Notes: generated by a model not told the origin, from the sequence alone. Positions 26,055-40,787 are shown, numbered from the stretch's first letter. The stretch: 64,000 nucleotides of DNA from Octopus sinensis (GCF_006345805.1 NC_043009.1:64790001-64854000), one strand, 5' to 3'. Numbers and translations are program-made.

Positions 26055-26806
26055 TCATCAGAGCTATGGATTGCTCTTAAATTTGAGAGCAGGGAACAAG
26101 TCAATTACATCAAACCCCCTAACACTTATCTAGTAAGTTTGTTCTTTCTTCTTCTTCTTTTTAACAAACCATGAAGGTGTGTGGCTTAGTGGTTAGGGTA
26201 ACGGCCCATGACGGAAAGGTCATGAATTCGATTCCCGGTAGAGGTGTACCTGTATTTCAAAGGGCCAGCCCCTGTCTAATTCCGGGTCACGCTGAATCTC
26301 CCTGAGAACTACGTTAAGGGTACGTGTGTCTGTAGAAATCTCAGCCACTTGCATGATAATTTCACAAGCAGACTGTTCCGTTGATCGGATCAAATGGAAC
26401 CCTCGTCGATGTAACCGACGACCTGCCAGTTTTTAACGAACCTGAGAGGATAAAAACCTAAGTCGACGTCAGCAGAATTTAAACTCAGGATCTATTTTTT
26501 AAGTTACCATATTTTAATTACTGAGATTTTCATAAAATTTTCTACTCATTCTGTTTATTTACCAAATTTTAAACCTGTCTTTTGTACGATGTCTTTGCCC
26601 ATCCCTCCATTTCAGTAATAGCTTTTTTAACTGTTTATTTTTGGGGTGGGGGATTAACATTCCTTGTATTTGTACGTATTGCGCCCTTGTGACTAATAAA
26701 AAACAAACAGTTATTATTCGCCGAGGTTGAACTTTGCTTTTAATTCTTTCGGAGTCAATGAAAATAAGTACCAACTAAATATTGGGGTCGCTGGAGTCAA
26801 ATAGAC

Positions 26807-26952
26807 CAGTGGTTTCCAACCTGTGGACCGCAAAGGTAGTACTGGTGGCCCGTGAACTTGTCAGGCTGACAGACTTTTCAATATCCTGGGTTCCGTGGGA
26901 AAACTTTTTTAATAAAAGGCGTCCTTGGTGGGGAAAAAGTTGAGAACCACTG
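26807..26952. mobile_element. hAT/Charlie-like MITE
   Basis: TIRs CAGTGGTTTCCAAC / GTTGAGAACCACTG; TSD not preserved. Confidence 0.65.
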
Positions 26953-27382
26953 AACTCGAGTTTTCCCACAAAGTTTCAAACTTTGTGCCGGGTTGTGCAA
27001 GGGAGAATTATTAATATTATTATTAAGATGGTAGGCTGGTAAGGCCGTTAGCGCGCCAGACAAAATGCCCAGTGATATTTCGTCCATTTGTACGTTCTGA
27101 GTTCAAATTCCGCCGAGGTCGACTTTTCCTTTCATCCTTCCGGGGTCGATAAAATAAGTACCAGTCAAGCTCTAAGGTTGATGCAATCGATTTTACCGCT
27201 CCCCTAAATTGCTGGCCTTGTGCCAAAATTTGAAACTATTTACAGGTTTCTCTTTATGCCTTTATTCGCTTTTGCACTTCAAAAGGAATGATATATCAAG
27301 AGTTTTAATAAATGATTAACGCTGGTTGAAGTTACACCCACCTCACTGACAATGACAAACTATGGCTTAAAACGGCAACACG

Positions 27383-27484
27383 TATATATGTATATGTGTA
27401 TGTGCGCGTGTGTGTATGTGTGTGTGTGTATGTATGTGTGTGTGTGCGTGTGTATATATATATGTATATATATATATATATATG

Positions 27485-27523
<39 letters not shown>

Positions 27524-27734
27524 GATATATATATATATATATATAATATGTATATCACTAAAAGGTTAACCTTGTTAAATACAGAGAAAGCAGAATCAAG
27601 AGGAATTAAAAGAATCATAAATACTATTTAGTAATTAACTTACATATAAAAAGAAAAATAAAAGAATGTATGTATGTATGTACGTATGTATGTATGTATA
27701 TGTGTGTAAGTATGTATGTATGTATGTATGTATG

Positions 27735-27766
<32 letters not shown>

Positions 27767-28204
27767 TGATGTATGTATGTATGATGTATGTATGATGTAT
27801 GTATGTATGTATGTATGTATTCATATATGTATGTATGTATGTATGTGTGTATGCATGTATGTAAGTAAGTAAGTAAGTAAGTAATAAGTAAGTAAGTAAG
27901 TATGTATTGTAATTATGTATGTATGTATGTATGTATGTATGTATGTTGTATGTATGGTTCGTATGTATGCATGCATGCATGTATGTATGTATGTATGTAT
28001 TTATGTATGTATATATGTGTGTGTATGTATGTATGTATGTACGTACGTACGTACGTACGTATGTATGTATGTTTGTATGTATGTATGTATGTACGTACAT
28101 ATGTATGTATGTATGTATGTATGTATATCTGTGTATGTATGTGTGTGTATGCATGTATGTATGTATGTATATATGTGTGTGTATGTATGTATGTATGTAC
28201 GTAC

Positions 28205-28235
<31 letters not shown>

Positions 28236-28320
28236 TGTATGTATGTATGTATGTATGTATATCTGTGTGTGTATGTATGTGTGTGTGTGTGTATGTATGT
28301 TTGTATGTATGTATGTATGT
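27383..28320. repeat. Compound (TG)/(TA)/(TATG)n microsatellite
   Basis: Read directly; similar blocks at 5665-5860, 17760-18145, 21005-21112, 25145-25460, 30750-31140, 31750-32030 and 40610-41137. Confidence 0.95.
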
Positions 28321-28544
28321 TAATCGAAGTGGACAGTATTTCATATCCGTTACGACGGATCTTAGCAATCTGTTCCGCACCAGGGGTTCAACGGGGTGTT
28401 AGGTAACAGCCTGAGGGCGCAGGGTTAAATAATAGGGCTGTTAAACCCTTAGACGATACATAGATTGATAGATAGAGACAGACAGATAGATAGGTGTGTG
28501 TGTGCGAGTGTGTGTGTAGGGTTATAAGTATAGTTTTATTTTAA

Positions 28545-28644
28545 TTCTTCGTCTGAGGAATTTCTCATATGAGATGTTTCTACATGTTTCCTACATGTAT
28601 ACCCATGTAACTCCTATCAGTAACGAAACATATGTAATAGGGAA
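28545..28644 (+). ncRNA. Decayed hammerhead motif with long stem II
   Basis: CTGAGGA (28553-28559); stem II ATTTCTCATATGAG/CTCCTATCAGTAAC (10 of 14 pairs); GAAA-CATATG-TA; stem I pairs with wobbles. Confidence 0.58.
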
Positions 28645-28695
28645 TAAATAATGTCAAAATGTTTTTTCCCGTTTTCTATTTTGATATATGTGTGC

Positions 28696-28727
<32 letters not shown>

Positions 28728-28880
28728 TCTCTCCTTGTTTTTTTTTTTCTGTGTCCCTTTCTGTAGAAGAGCGTAGGCTCAAAACGTAAAAGACTTTTTC
28801 TATTCCTGAGCGTTATACTAATACATCTGTTTGTTTTGTACACCACCTGTCTTCGTCTTTTGTTTCTTTTCGTAAACTCT

Positions 28881-28890
<10 letters not shown>
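28728..28890 (+). mobile_element. HHR-like family A copy
   Basis: CCTTT-CTGTAGAA-GAGC GTAG GCTC-AAAA-CGTA-AAAGA; same body, ends at (TA)n. Confidence 0.62.
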
Positions 28891-28920
<30 letters not shown>

Positions 28921-29544
28921 CAGGTAAAAAAAAAGAGAAAAAAGGTTCGCTTAGAAGTTACGCAATTTCTGATTCAGTATCATTGAATGTCACTTTGGGG
29001 AAAAGTTCTAAATATCTGATTAGATGAATGTTTCTTACGTGACCAAGAAACATTAAGTCGTAAGGAACTGAGTCAAACTATTAAGGTGTGTCTATTATAT
29101 ATATATACATATGTGTGTGTGTGTGTATACACATACATACATACATGTATATATATATTCACACACATAAGGTAGCTATATATGGTGCTATTAAGTTAGA
29201 CATGGCCTGGGCCAATAATGGCCGAAACCTATCAAAGAATCAAAGTATAGATACACATGTGTGTATACATATGTGTGTGTATGTGTGTGTATGTATGCGT
29301 GTGGTGTGGTGTGTGGTGTGTGTGTACGCACACATAGTATGTGAGTTTGTAAGTGTATCATTCCGCGTGTTTAATGCGAAAGAAATCGATGACAGTGACT
29401 GCCAAGGAATGTCACTGAAATTTGTGGTTTCCCCTTTCACTATTTTTTTCAGCTTTTCTTTTTTTTTTTTGACTGCGCTAATGAACCAATCTAATTTCTG
29501 CTTCTTTAAGATAATCGACGCAACGGAGAAAACACTTTGATGAT

Positions 29545-29617
<73 letters not shown>

Positions 29618-30104
29618 CACACACACACACACATGCATACAGGTAGGTAAAGTTGATAAAATGATGTTGATCATGATGATTATGTTGATGATGGCAATTA
29701 TAAAAGGCCATAATTAATCCGTAGTTTAAATATCAAAGTGGGGGAAATGTTCTAAAGATTTGTGGGTAGTGCATGTATGTGTATGTGTATGTATGTATGT
29801 GTCTGTATGTGTGCATATATCTTTCACGTAATTCAGGTGTCATAAACCCTTAAGTAGAATTTGTTTTTAAGAGAGGTGTATGTATGTATGTATATATGTC
29901 AAAGTGCGTGTGTGTATGTATAGGCATGTATACAAGTATGTGCATGTATATGTATGTACATATGTGTGTTTGTGTGTGTGTGTATATATATATACACACA
30001 CACATATATATATATACAGGTGTGTTTTATATAAAAATTGACAACTTGTTTAGAGGACGTGATGATAGTGTGTAAGGAAGTTTAAGAGAATTATTTTCAC
30101 TCAC

Positions 30105-30440
30105 ATCTGAGGGTTTGAAGTCATAGCATTCGGCAATTTTGGCGTAGAGTTCTTTAACATTGGTAAATCCCGATATGATTCCGACAGGGCTGCCGTGTGC
30201 TTGTTGACATTGGAAGGAAAGTTTCGGTCTTGGAGGCGCCTTGGGCGATGAAGGCGGCTGAGGCCTGGCGTGAGTTTGTTCAGGTACGCCATTTTTACTT
30301 CTCTCGTTACCTGCTGTCGTCGGCGGTTGCATAGCATCTCTGTTGTATGGTTGTGGATTACCCTGAGCCGACGTCGCGTTTGCATAGGACGGCGGTTCAG
30401 TACTAACATCCTTTTTAGCTTTCTTCCCAAATAACGGCAT
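30105..30440 (-). CDS. GIPC: GIPC-family PDZ adaptor protein, first coding exon (N-terminus plus start of GH1 domain)
   Basis: [10 protein letters not shown]...[43 protein letters not shown] matches GIPC1 [36 protein letters not shown]. Ends at a phase-0 donor GAT|GTGAGT. Downstream exons were not found in the window. Confidence 0.93.
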
Positions 30441-30690
30441 GATTTAACAGCTAGTAAGAATGTACACGATTTACCTTCACCGTCGCGCTGGCTTCTTTTT
30501 CTACCCCGTCCAACTTAGCAGTATGTGTGGCCCGCTACTGAGCGCCTGACACAGTGTGAATAATAACCAACAAAGGTTGACTACAACAGGAAGATAAGTA
30601 GTTTGGTCAACATAGTTTTAGTCAAGCAGGCAGGTGCGAGGCGAGGCTCGTATGGAGATTAATCTGAACTCCCACTTACAGCTCTACAAA
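30441..30690 (-). promoter_or_regulatory. GIPC 5'UTR/proximal promoter
   Basis: Unique, CpG-retaining sequence directly upstream of the GIPC ATG, bounded by microsatellites. Confidence 0.45.
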
Positions 30691-30817
30691 TTATATATAT
30701 ATATAAGAAATACTTTTATTTTTCACCTTTAATACACTACCATTCATACATAGATAATGTATGTATATATGTGTGTGTATGTATGTATGTGTGTGTGTGT
30801 GAGAGAGAGTATGTATG

Positions 30818-30859
<42 letters not shown>

Positions 30860-31852
30860 TATATGAGTATATATATATATATATATATATATGACTATGT
30901 GAGTTTACATATATATATATTACATGTATATCTGTATGTATGTGTGTATATATTATAGATAGCAATGAAGAAAACAATATTGCTACAATATAAATATATA
31001 TTTAACTTTATGCGTATGTATATATTACATATGTATGCCTGTATGTATGTGTGTATGTGTATATAATATATATATATATCATATATATATATAACATTAC
31101 ATATGTATATCTGTGTGTGTGTGTGTGTGTGTGTGTGTATAGACAGCAATCTGTTAATCTATATATGTGCCCTAATTTTCTTTCCGTTTTTAAACGTTTG
31201 AGGAAGTGGATTATTATATAACGCATCATCGCAAATATAATAATAATAGATAAATCAATAAATAATCTTTCTTTTCTCTCATCGACTTCTTTCCTTATAA
31301 TAAAAAGTTTTAGTATTACCAATTCCCCCACCCCAACCCCCACCCTGTACAGAAATTGCAAAATATTTATTATTTTACTATTCTAATCTAATCCAGTCGG
31401 TGGTTGTTGATGGTGTCTAAACTTGCCGAGATTTACTAAGCTGACTTTTAAGGTCTTAGGGGCTTACTCTTGCCCTCTCTGACATGGAACTAATTGGGAT
31501 CCGCCCCACCTTGGTTTGGCAGGGTGTTACCTTGTATTCATATATTCTTTTATTTGTTTCAGTCATGTCATTTTGACTGCGGCCATGCTGGAGCACCGCC
31601 TTTTAGTCGAACAAATCGACCTCCTCAAGATTTGTTGTTTGTAAGCCTAGTACTTATTCTATCGGTCTCTTTTGCCGAACCGCTAGTTACAGGGACGTAA
31701 ACACACCAACATCGGTTGTCAAGCGATGGGAGGGGACAAACACAGACACTCACACACATATACATACATATATATATATACATACATATACATACATATA
31801 TACATATATATATACATATATATATACATATATATATATATGTGTGTGTGTG

Positions 31853-31886
<34 letters not shown>

Positions 31887-31917
31887 TGTATGTATGTATG
31901 TATGTATATATATATAT

Positions 31918-31951
<34 letters not shown>

Positions 31952-32714
31952 ATATTATATATATATATATTATATAATATATATATATATAATATATATA
32001 TATTATATATATAATATAATATATATAGCTATATAGCTATTCAATGAATTGAATTCACATTTTTTGTTAGTATTTTTATTATTCCTGTTCAGTTTATTTC
32101 GACCACAGAAATTACGACTTTTAAACAAGCATCGGGGGGAAAATAAAAACCTACCTGAGACAGGTAATAATATAGTTTACGTGAGTTAAATGCATTAATA
32201 AAATTAATAAAATGAAGTTTAGTTTAAATAAACAAAGTTTTTATGATTGTATACATTACAGATCGAATGTTTACATATACGTAAGTATCTTATGATCAGA
32301 TTGTTCTGATTTTCTTGCGTGACCTTTTTTTTTTATTGATTATTCGTTGTAATTATTTATTTTGATAACAAGGATATAGTCAGTGATGGTCGTGGCAGGA
32401 AACGCTTTTGATCATATATCTGTTCCATAAAACTGATCTGGAGCAGATAATGACACTTTATTTTATATCTATTTCATCCGGAGCGAATAATCAATATAAA
32501 ATGTCACAGGTTTAGTCTCGCTACAGACGCAAAAACAACAAACTTTGCGATCATTGCTGTATTATTTATGTACATAATCGATCTATACGTCGATGCCATC
32601 TAACTTTTATTTAAACAACAAAGTAGTTGAAGGTCCTAGAAAAAAAATCAAAATTGGTTATTGAACACCATGGACACATCGTGGTTCCTTATAACTTATA
32701 CAATAGAAGAATAG

Positions 32715-32747
<33 letters not shown>

Positions 32748-32944
32748 TGATATTTGTATGGGGCTCTATATAGGGCACAATGTATAGCCAATGTCTAGAA
32801 CTCCACGCGTTCCTTTATAATTGGAAAGATCCGTCCTTAAAGTGACATCAATATATGTTTTGGAATAACTTGTATTTATCCATCGATATTCTGAGCACGA
32901 AGTATTGGAGATAAGGTTTTAATCTATTTAATACCTACTTTTTG

Positions 32945-33238
32945 TTAATGAAAATATCTGTTATCTTACGAGCAGACTACATCGTCAAATCATCAGAGTT
33001 TTTATAACAAACGAAACATTAGCCTTATGACACTTCACAGCAGTGTGACAGACGCAACATTTCTGCCCAGCAGAATCTTGATTTCTGGACAGAAATAGAT
33101 TCTTTTGAAATGATGTGTCAGTCGAAGTGTTTTCAAAATGCCAGAAGGTTAATTTTCCATTTGTAATACAAACTCTGATGATTTGGTAATGCAATCTGAT
33201 TGTAATGTAATGCCTTACATAACAGAAATTTCCATTAA
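32945..33238. repeat. Old inverted repeat with ~120-bp diverged arms
   Basis: CAAATCATCAGAGTTT.TAT.ACAAA and surrounding sequence mirrored across ~33085. Confidence 0.65.
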
Positions 33239-33288
33239 TGAAACTCATGTCAGAATGTATTGAATGAATATATAAGCTTATCTCCAAA

Positions 33289-33334
<46 letters not shown>

Positions 33335-36300
33335 ACCAAGATGCCTGGTGCCTTGCCAAACTCAAGAAGACCTATACTCTGCAGTAGAAGTGTTAAGACC
33401 GGTCCTCCTGGTAGTGAGAATTGATCTGCAAGAGTCAGGTGCCGGTGCTATGAGAAATCACCCGTATAGTGCCATCTGAAAGCACCCAGCACATTCTGTA
33501 AAATGGTTGGCATTAGGAAGGGCTTCCAACCATAGAAACCATGCCAAATCACCAAGGCCTGGCGCAGCTCTCCAGCCTTGCCAGCTCTGGTCAAACCATC
33601 CAACCCATGCCAGCAAGGAAAACAGATTGTAAATAATGATGGTGATGATAACATGACAGATCTTTTGAATTGTAGAGAAACACAGAATTATAAATATATA
33701 CCACACTGCATAAATATAATGTAAGTATTGAAAAGAAGGTCTCTAACTGACATCAAGGCATTTTACATGAACGATAAAAGAGAACTTGGACATCATCATC
33801 ATTTAATGTCCACTTTCTAGACTGGCATAGATTAGATGGTTTGATTGGAACTGGTAAACCAGAGAACTGTGCCAGGACCCTATCTGATTTGGCTTGGTTT
33901 CTATGGCTGCATGCCCTTCCTAATGCCAACCACTTTACAGTGTGTGCTGGAATCTTTAACATGGCACTGTTCGGGTGCTTTTATGTGGTGCCTCTCTAAG
34001 GAATATTCCTACGCCTTCCAATAACCAGTATCTAGAAATCCTAATGCAAAAAAAAACCAAAAAATAAAACAAACCAATTTAAAAACAGGATTAGGTGCTG
34101 AGCATTCAACTATGATGTCATCATCATCATCATCATCACCATTTTATATTCTCTTTTACATCCTTGCAATGGTTATACAATATCTTGGAGCAGAGTTTTT
34201 TTTTGCAGCTAAATGCCATTCCTGAGGTCAACCCTCATCTGTTTCCAAGTGGGGTAATTATCCCCATTCTATGAAACAGGGGTTATCTTGGACATCCTTT
34301 CACAGAAAATTGCAAACAGGCAACACCTTTTGTATGGATTCTCTCAGGTAAACCAATTTTCAAAAACCCTCGTGCTCCATAACTTTTATTTTAAAATACA
34401 CATTCCAATGGGATACACTTAACATTACCTTATCTCGAGAAAGAAACCTCAGTTTTTGTTTGTTGTAAATGTTGTGTCACTTGTGTCTCCAATGGCTTAC
34501 TCATGAACATTCTACATTTTAGTAATGTTTCCACTCTCACACACACACACACACACATTTAGACAGTCCAAGAGCAGACGCTTGTGTTGTTCAACCGGGA
34601 CATCAAACCTGACAGACAGGAATCACTGCCTGATGCCATCATAGTTTGAGAGTTTTCTTTATATCACATTTCACTTCACTAAGTCCATCTCATTCAGAAC
34701 AACACTGTCAGTAATATTCTAAAACTGATACGGTTGATTAACGAGTGCTATAATCTCATTAATAGATCAGCTGTCAGCCATCATGATTGTGTCATCACTG
34801 ACCAACTAAAGTTTCTTGTTTCGCCGCAATCATTTCATTCTAGCATCTTAACCATGACTTCCACTGGTGGACTTACAGCGTGCTCTCGCTTGTTCTTTGA
34901 GGAATGTAAGTCAGACTTAGTAGAGCAAATTACATCTTTCTTCCCATTTGCTGGACTGCTATTCAGTCTAATTAGTGCCGTGAAAATAATTTTTTCTACT
35001 CTAGGCACAAGTCAATTAGATTGACCTGAATATGCAACTGGTACTTAATTTATCGACCCCGAAAGGATGAAGGCAAAGTCGACCTCGGCAGAATTTGAAC
35101 ACAGATCATAAAGACAGATGAAATACCTATTTCTTTACTGCCCACAAGGGGCTAAACACAGAGAGGACAAACAAGGACAGACAAAGGGATTAAGTCGATT
35201 ATATCGACCCCAGTGCGTAACTGGTACTTAATTTATCGACCCCGAAAGGATGAAAGGCAAAGTCGACCTCGGTGGAATTTGAACTCATTGCCTTTGATAT
35301 GTGAAAATTCTTTTCTACTCTAGGCTCAAGGCCCGAAATTTTTGGAGAGGGGGCCACTTGATTAGATCAACCCCAGTATGCAACTGATACTTAATTTATT
35401 GACCCCAAAAGGACAAAAAGCAAAGCTAACTTCGGCAGAATTTGAACTCAGAACATAAAGACGCATGAAACACCACTGAGCATTTCGCCCGGATTGCTAA
35501 CGTTTCTGCCAGCTTACCACTTTAGTAACTGTACAAAAATATACATGGTTGACATAAAGAAACATTAAAATGGCTCAGCTCTGACCATATTTCATTGCAT
35601 GAGGTATGATGCGTTTATGGTTTGGATTTAGGGTTCTGTCTGGTGGAAGGGGATAGGCCAGTGAGTGAGGGGTTAGCTATCTCTTCTCAAAGAAAAGCTG
35701 ACATACTCCTAGAATTGTCAAGAGTCCATCAATATCCAGTACAACATGGAATGAAAATAAAGAAGAAAAATATTTTCTCTTTTGTTTGTTTTTTCCTCCT
35801 TTGTTTTTTTTTTCACTCTATTCCATGTTATTCCTTATTTTCTTTAAACAGGAATGTTCTGGAAGATAACAGAAGCTTAGTCTAAGAGCATTGGCTGTTT
35901 TCTGATAGCTTAATCTAAATGTCTCTTTTCTCTCTGCAGCTGTTTATCTTTTTATATTTTTGCTTTCTTTTTATCTTTTATTTTTGTCTTTACTTTCTGT
36001 AAACAAAGGGTTTTGTTGTTGTTTTGTCCCATGCCAGCCATGATTGAGTAGAGCCATGAGCAAAAGCATTCCAACCATGTCCACCTCATCTTTGAAGTGG
36101 TATCTATAGCTACATTATCTGGGTACCCACCCCACTTTTTTTTTTTTCAAATGATCAGTCAGGGTACTTTTCTAGTCATCAATCTACTTTGAAAGCTGTT
36201 CCTAAATATATGAATTCATTCAGCTGCCTAAGTTAAGCCTGTTTCCATGGAAATATATATCTTTTAAAAGGAAAAATATTGGTTCCAATTTTTTGCACAA

Positions 36301-38741
36301 GGCCAGTAATTGCGGGGTTAGGGGTAAGTCAATTAAATTGACCCCAGTACTCAACTGGTACTTATTTTATCAACTCTGAAAGGATGAAAAGCAAAGTCAA
36401 CCTCATTGGAATTTGAACTCTGCAAAGCATTTTGCCTGTTCTGCTAATAATTCTACCATCTCATCACCTAAGTCTGCTGAATGTATCAGTTTCAAATTTT
36501 GGCACAGTACCAGCAATTTCAGGAGAGGGTTTAAAACAAATATTTTGACCTTGGTGTCCAACTGGTACCTTTTTTATCAACTCCACAAGGATAAAAGGCA
36601 GAATTTGAACTCAAACTGTTAAGATGGGTTTTTTTCTACCCTACCACAGGTTGGTATAGATAAATTATGCAGCAGAGGTTTAATCAATGTGTTCATATGA
36701 TGCACTTCATGAGACTACCAAAACGCTCTCCTTGACCATTAATTACTGACCTCAACTCTTTATAAGTGTTCGGCTAGTCCATTCTTCAATGACTCTCGCC
36801 ATAACAGATGGACAAAATGCCACTAAGCATTTTGTCCTATGTCCAATGCCAGCTTGCCGCCTTTAGCCTACTCAATATATTGGTCTCAAAAGGTGGCAAG
36901 CTGCTGGCAGAAACATTAGCACGCCGGGCGAAACGCTTAGCGGTATTTCGTCTGTCTTTACATTCTGAGTTCAAATACCGCCAAGGTTGACATTGCTTTC
37001 ATCCTTTCACGGTCAATAAATTAAGTACCAGTTGCATACTGGGTCGGACCTAATCGACTGACCACTCCACTTCTCCCAAAATTTCAGGCCTTGTGCCTAG
37101 AATAGAAAAGAATATATTGGTCTCAAATTTTGTCACAAGGCCAGCAAGTTCAGGTGGGGGAGTAAGTTGATTCCAGCAACCCAGAAAGGATGAAAGGCAA
37201 AGTCGACCAAGGCAGCAAAAATAATTTTCTCCGTGAAAATTGGGGAGGGGGTGAAATTTCCGAAGGTTCCAACCCACACCCCACCCCGTTTTCCGGACAA
37301 AAACAAAAAAAAAGTGTTTTGTGGCAGATTAGGAGGTCACTGTAATTCATTCAACTAAAAAAAAAATTTCCAATGATTCCGGGATGGGGGTGGTCCGGTT
37401 TTCCTCATCCTTTTTCTCCGAACAAAAATAAGGGGTCTGTGGCACATCAAGAGGTCAGGGTACTTGATTCCACGTAAAAAAAAAAATCCAAGGTTTTTTT
37501 TTCCCTTCATGAAATGCGTGAGTGTACTTTCCCAAAATTTACCGAAATATAGAAGTCCGTGTATAATTCTAAGATACAGACATGCCCACCACCACTAACT
37601 TATAAATCCACTAAATACGGTTTTGTTCGATGTATTACGATTTCTGTCACCGGAGCCAAGAAACTCGACCTGCTAGAAATAGCAGCCAAATTTCACTCAG
37701 TTCATAACCTTATCGTCATAAAAAAAATGGACACGCGTACTACTTGAGAACAGTGGTCCTGGTGCGCGCACTCGCGTAGACGCGCATCCGCACTAGCTAG
37801 TCGTGACTAGTCGATCCTACAACGACTCTCCTAGCAAAGTAAATAAAACACAAAATAAATAATTTTTGTTAAACAAAGTAAATAAAACACAAAGTAAGGA
37901 TCAACTAGTCATGACTAGTTCTCTAGTAGTACCTGGACACGTTAGAAAATATGGTCTAGGCTTCTTGTCAGTGTATACGAATATACAAGATGTCCTTGGA
38001 TTTATGGCACAGTTCGATCAGAGTTGACCCGTTTAGACAAACGACAAATTAACCTTGGTTTTGTATGCATTAGTTGAAATTGTTCTGCTTATTTTTTATT
38101 ACTTCTACATCGGTGAAAATAAGAAGGACAGACGGACGGACAAACCAACGCCGATGGAAACATGATCTCCTTCATTGGCGCAGGTAAAAAAAAAGCATGA
38201 CTGTCACAACTTGGCAACAAAACGAAATCTTTTTCGAGAGAATCCTAGTTCCAACCCCACCCTCTCTCTCTCTCTCTTTCTCTCTCCCTGTCTCTCTCGC
38301 TCTCTTTCTCTCACCCCTCTCTCTCCTCCTCTGTCGTTCAGGTGAGTTGCTTGTCAGTCAAAACAATTACAGTCTCACACACACACACACACACACACAC
38401 GCATAGACACCTGAGTGTCGGAAATGAGTTTTCTTAAGACTCTCCCTTACGAGTCACCTGTCTTTTAAGTGAAAGTAAACGAAAGTTTTGCTTCCGCATG
38501 TCTAACACCACCGAATTGGTCTCCCTTCTTTCTCAATATGTTCATCTCTCTCTGCCCTTTTGTTCATCTATCTCTCTGTCTTTCTATCTCTGTATCCTAT
38601 TATTCTTTTTCACTTTATCTTTCCATCTATAATTCATTTTCCTTTCTTCGCTGTTTTTCTCTCTCTTTTTCTTTTTATCTCATTTTTCTCCCCTTTCTAA
38701 ATTTAACTGCTTTTCCTCTCAACTTTTCTCACACTCTTACT

Positions 38742-38744
<3 letters not shown>

Positions 38745-38799
<55 letters not shown>

Positions 38800-38932
38800 T
38801 TCTTTCTCTCTCTCTTACTTCTTTCACTCTCTCTCTCTCTCTCTCTCTCAATATGAAACAGATTCTCTTCTGCTCTCTCTCTTTCACTCTTTTTCTCTCC
38901 CTCTCTCACTCTCTCTCTCTCTCTCTCTCTCA
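38745..38932. repeat. (CT)n polypyrimidine microsatellite
   Basis: Read directly. Confidence 0.9.
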
Positions 38933-39794
38933 GTATGAAACAGATTCTCTTCCTCCCTCTCTCTTACACTCTCATAAAATCAGTCACGAAACACCCTATC
39001 TATCTATATTCCCCGATGAACCAAAAAAAAAAAAAAAATGCATGAAATAATGATTTTATTTAGTAATTTTTTTTCTTCAGGTAATAATTCATTACAGTAA
39101 ATAAGAGGAAGAAAGTGATTGTGATGCCCCAAAACTTTTTTTCTTTTTTCAAGATTTTTCATTTGGTCGGCAGGTGAGTGTAATGGTGTTGGTAGGAGTG
39201 GTGGTGATAAACGTTGCAATATGGAGAAGTAGTGAGAGAGAGAGAGAGAGAGATCTTTTGTCAGCTTCGATGCTATACATCGAGTTGTTCCATCAACCAA
39301 ATTCATTAAATTTACATCCAAGTGGCTGGGTATTCCATAGACAAGTGTAACTTTAACACAAATTCTCAGGCCAAATCAATGTCTCAAGGTCTGTTTGTTT
39401 CTCGTTTTGCTAAGAATGTATCCGTCGTTGGAACCCATCTTTCCTGGGAGGCACACTGGTATTCGGTATTTATTACTGCACATAATAATGCTATTTGGTG
39501 TTGGCTGTTTTACAATGAACAAAACTGAGTTAAAATTTTGGCACAAGGCCAGCAATTTGGGGGGCAGGGAGTAAGACGATTAGATCAACTCCAGTATCCA
39601 ACTGGTACTTATTTTATCGACCCTGAAAGGATGAGAGGCAAAGTCGACTTCTGTGGAAGTTGAACTCAGAACAAGCAGGACGAAATACTGCTAAGCATGC
39701 TAACAGTGGCAGAACCATTAGCACACAGGGAAGGATGCTTGGCACTATTTCATCTGTCTTTACGTTTAGTAGAAAGGACTATTACATACATACA

Positions 39795-40240
39795 AATGTA
39801 AACATAACTGGCAGATATTGTTGTTTGGGACAGAGGGGCAAAGGTATGTACCATCATAGAGGTCAGCTGCTCTGTAGATAGAAATATCTCTTTGAGAATT
39901 AAGAGAAAAGGAGGATATCTATGGACAACTGCCTCGAAACCTCCAGCTTCTATATCCAGACTCTGAATTCATATTTATAGTCCAATAATATTTGGAGCCC
40001 TAGGTTTTGTTAGTAAATGCTTAAAGGAGAATCTGGATAAACTGGGATTTTCAGAAAGAGAAACCGACCGGCTGACTTGTACATTACAAGTACAATCTGT
40101 GAGTGGAACAGTAAAAATATGCAAGACTTTTCTCAAGTTCCGAATGTGAATTTGTCTGTGTTAACTACATCCCAAAGATGGAGCCTTGTATCTTTGTTGG
40201 AAACCAGCTCCCTCCTCAGTGGAACATTTATGATAATTAA
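39795..40240 (+). mobile_element. R4/Dong-like non-LTR retrotransposon 3' fragment (restriction-like endonuclease)
   Basis: DIVVWDRGAKVCTIIEVSC...KEDIYGQL...PIIFGALG...GTVKICKTFLKFRM-stop at 40149, with frameshifts; clade assignment is approximate. Confidence 0.7.
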
Positions 40241-40753
40241 AGAATAGAAGAGACATACATACATGCATGGACAGATGGAAGAAATAGAATTGTGGATCTA
40301 CAAAGTCCAGTGCAGACATTATGGAGGGCGAGTAACCATGAATAAAAACTGAAACAGATTAGATGAGACTCTAACCTTTAGTCTGACACAAAAGACATCT
40401 TCTCAAATGTCTGCAGCACAATAGAATACATTAGAGTCGGCCGAAATCATGACGCACACAGCAATAAAGATTGTTGGCTTTCTCTCTTGGGAGTATCAGA
40501 TATCAAAGAACTGTAACAAAGACACACAGAGAGACAATACACTAGAATAGTGTAACCTGTGCTTCCATGGATAAATAAGTTTAGAATGATGATGATGATG
40601 AAGGAAGATGATATGTGTGTGTGTATATATATACATATATCATCAATTACTTGACTCAAAAGGTATTCTCAAGCATATATATATATATATTCTTTCATAT
40701 CTCATTGGGATCCAAGCAGCATATATATATATATACACACACACACATATATG

Positions 40754-40787
<34 letters not shown>

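Noticed and set aside
24900-28406. Many YIHT/MYVC-type ORFs
   Set aside because: Translations of (TACA)/(TA)/(CA) microsatellites
30451-30474. GT...AG pair just upstream of the GIPC ATG
   Set aside because: Only 24 nt, too short for a spliceosomal intron
38128-38190. (GACG)n plus terminal motif resembling a Helentron-associated element end
   Set aside because: Could not define the matching other end, so not called
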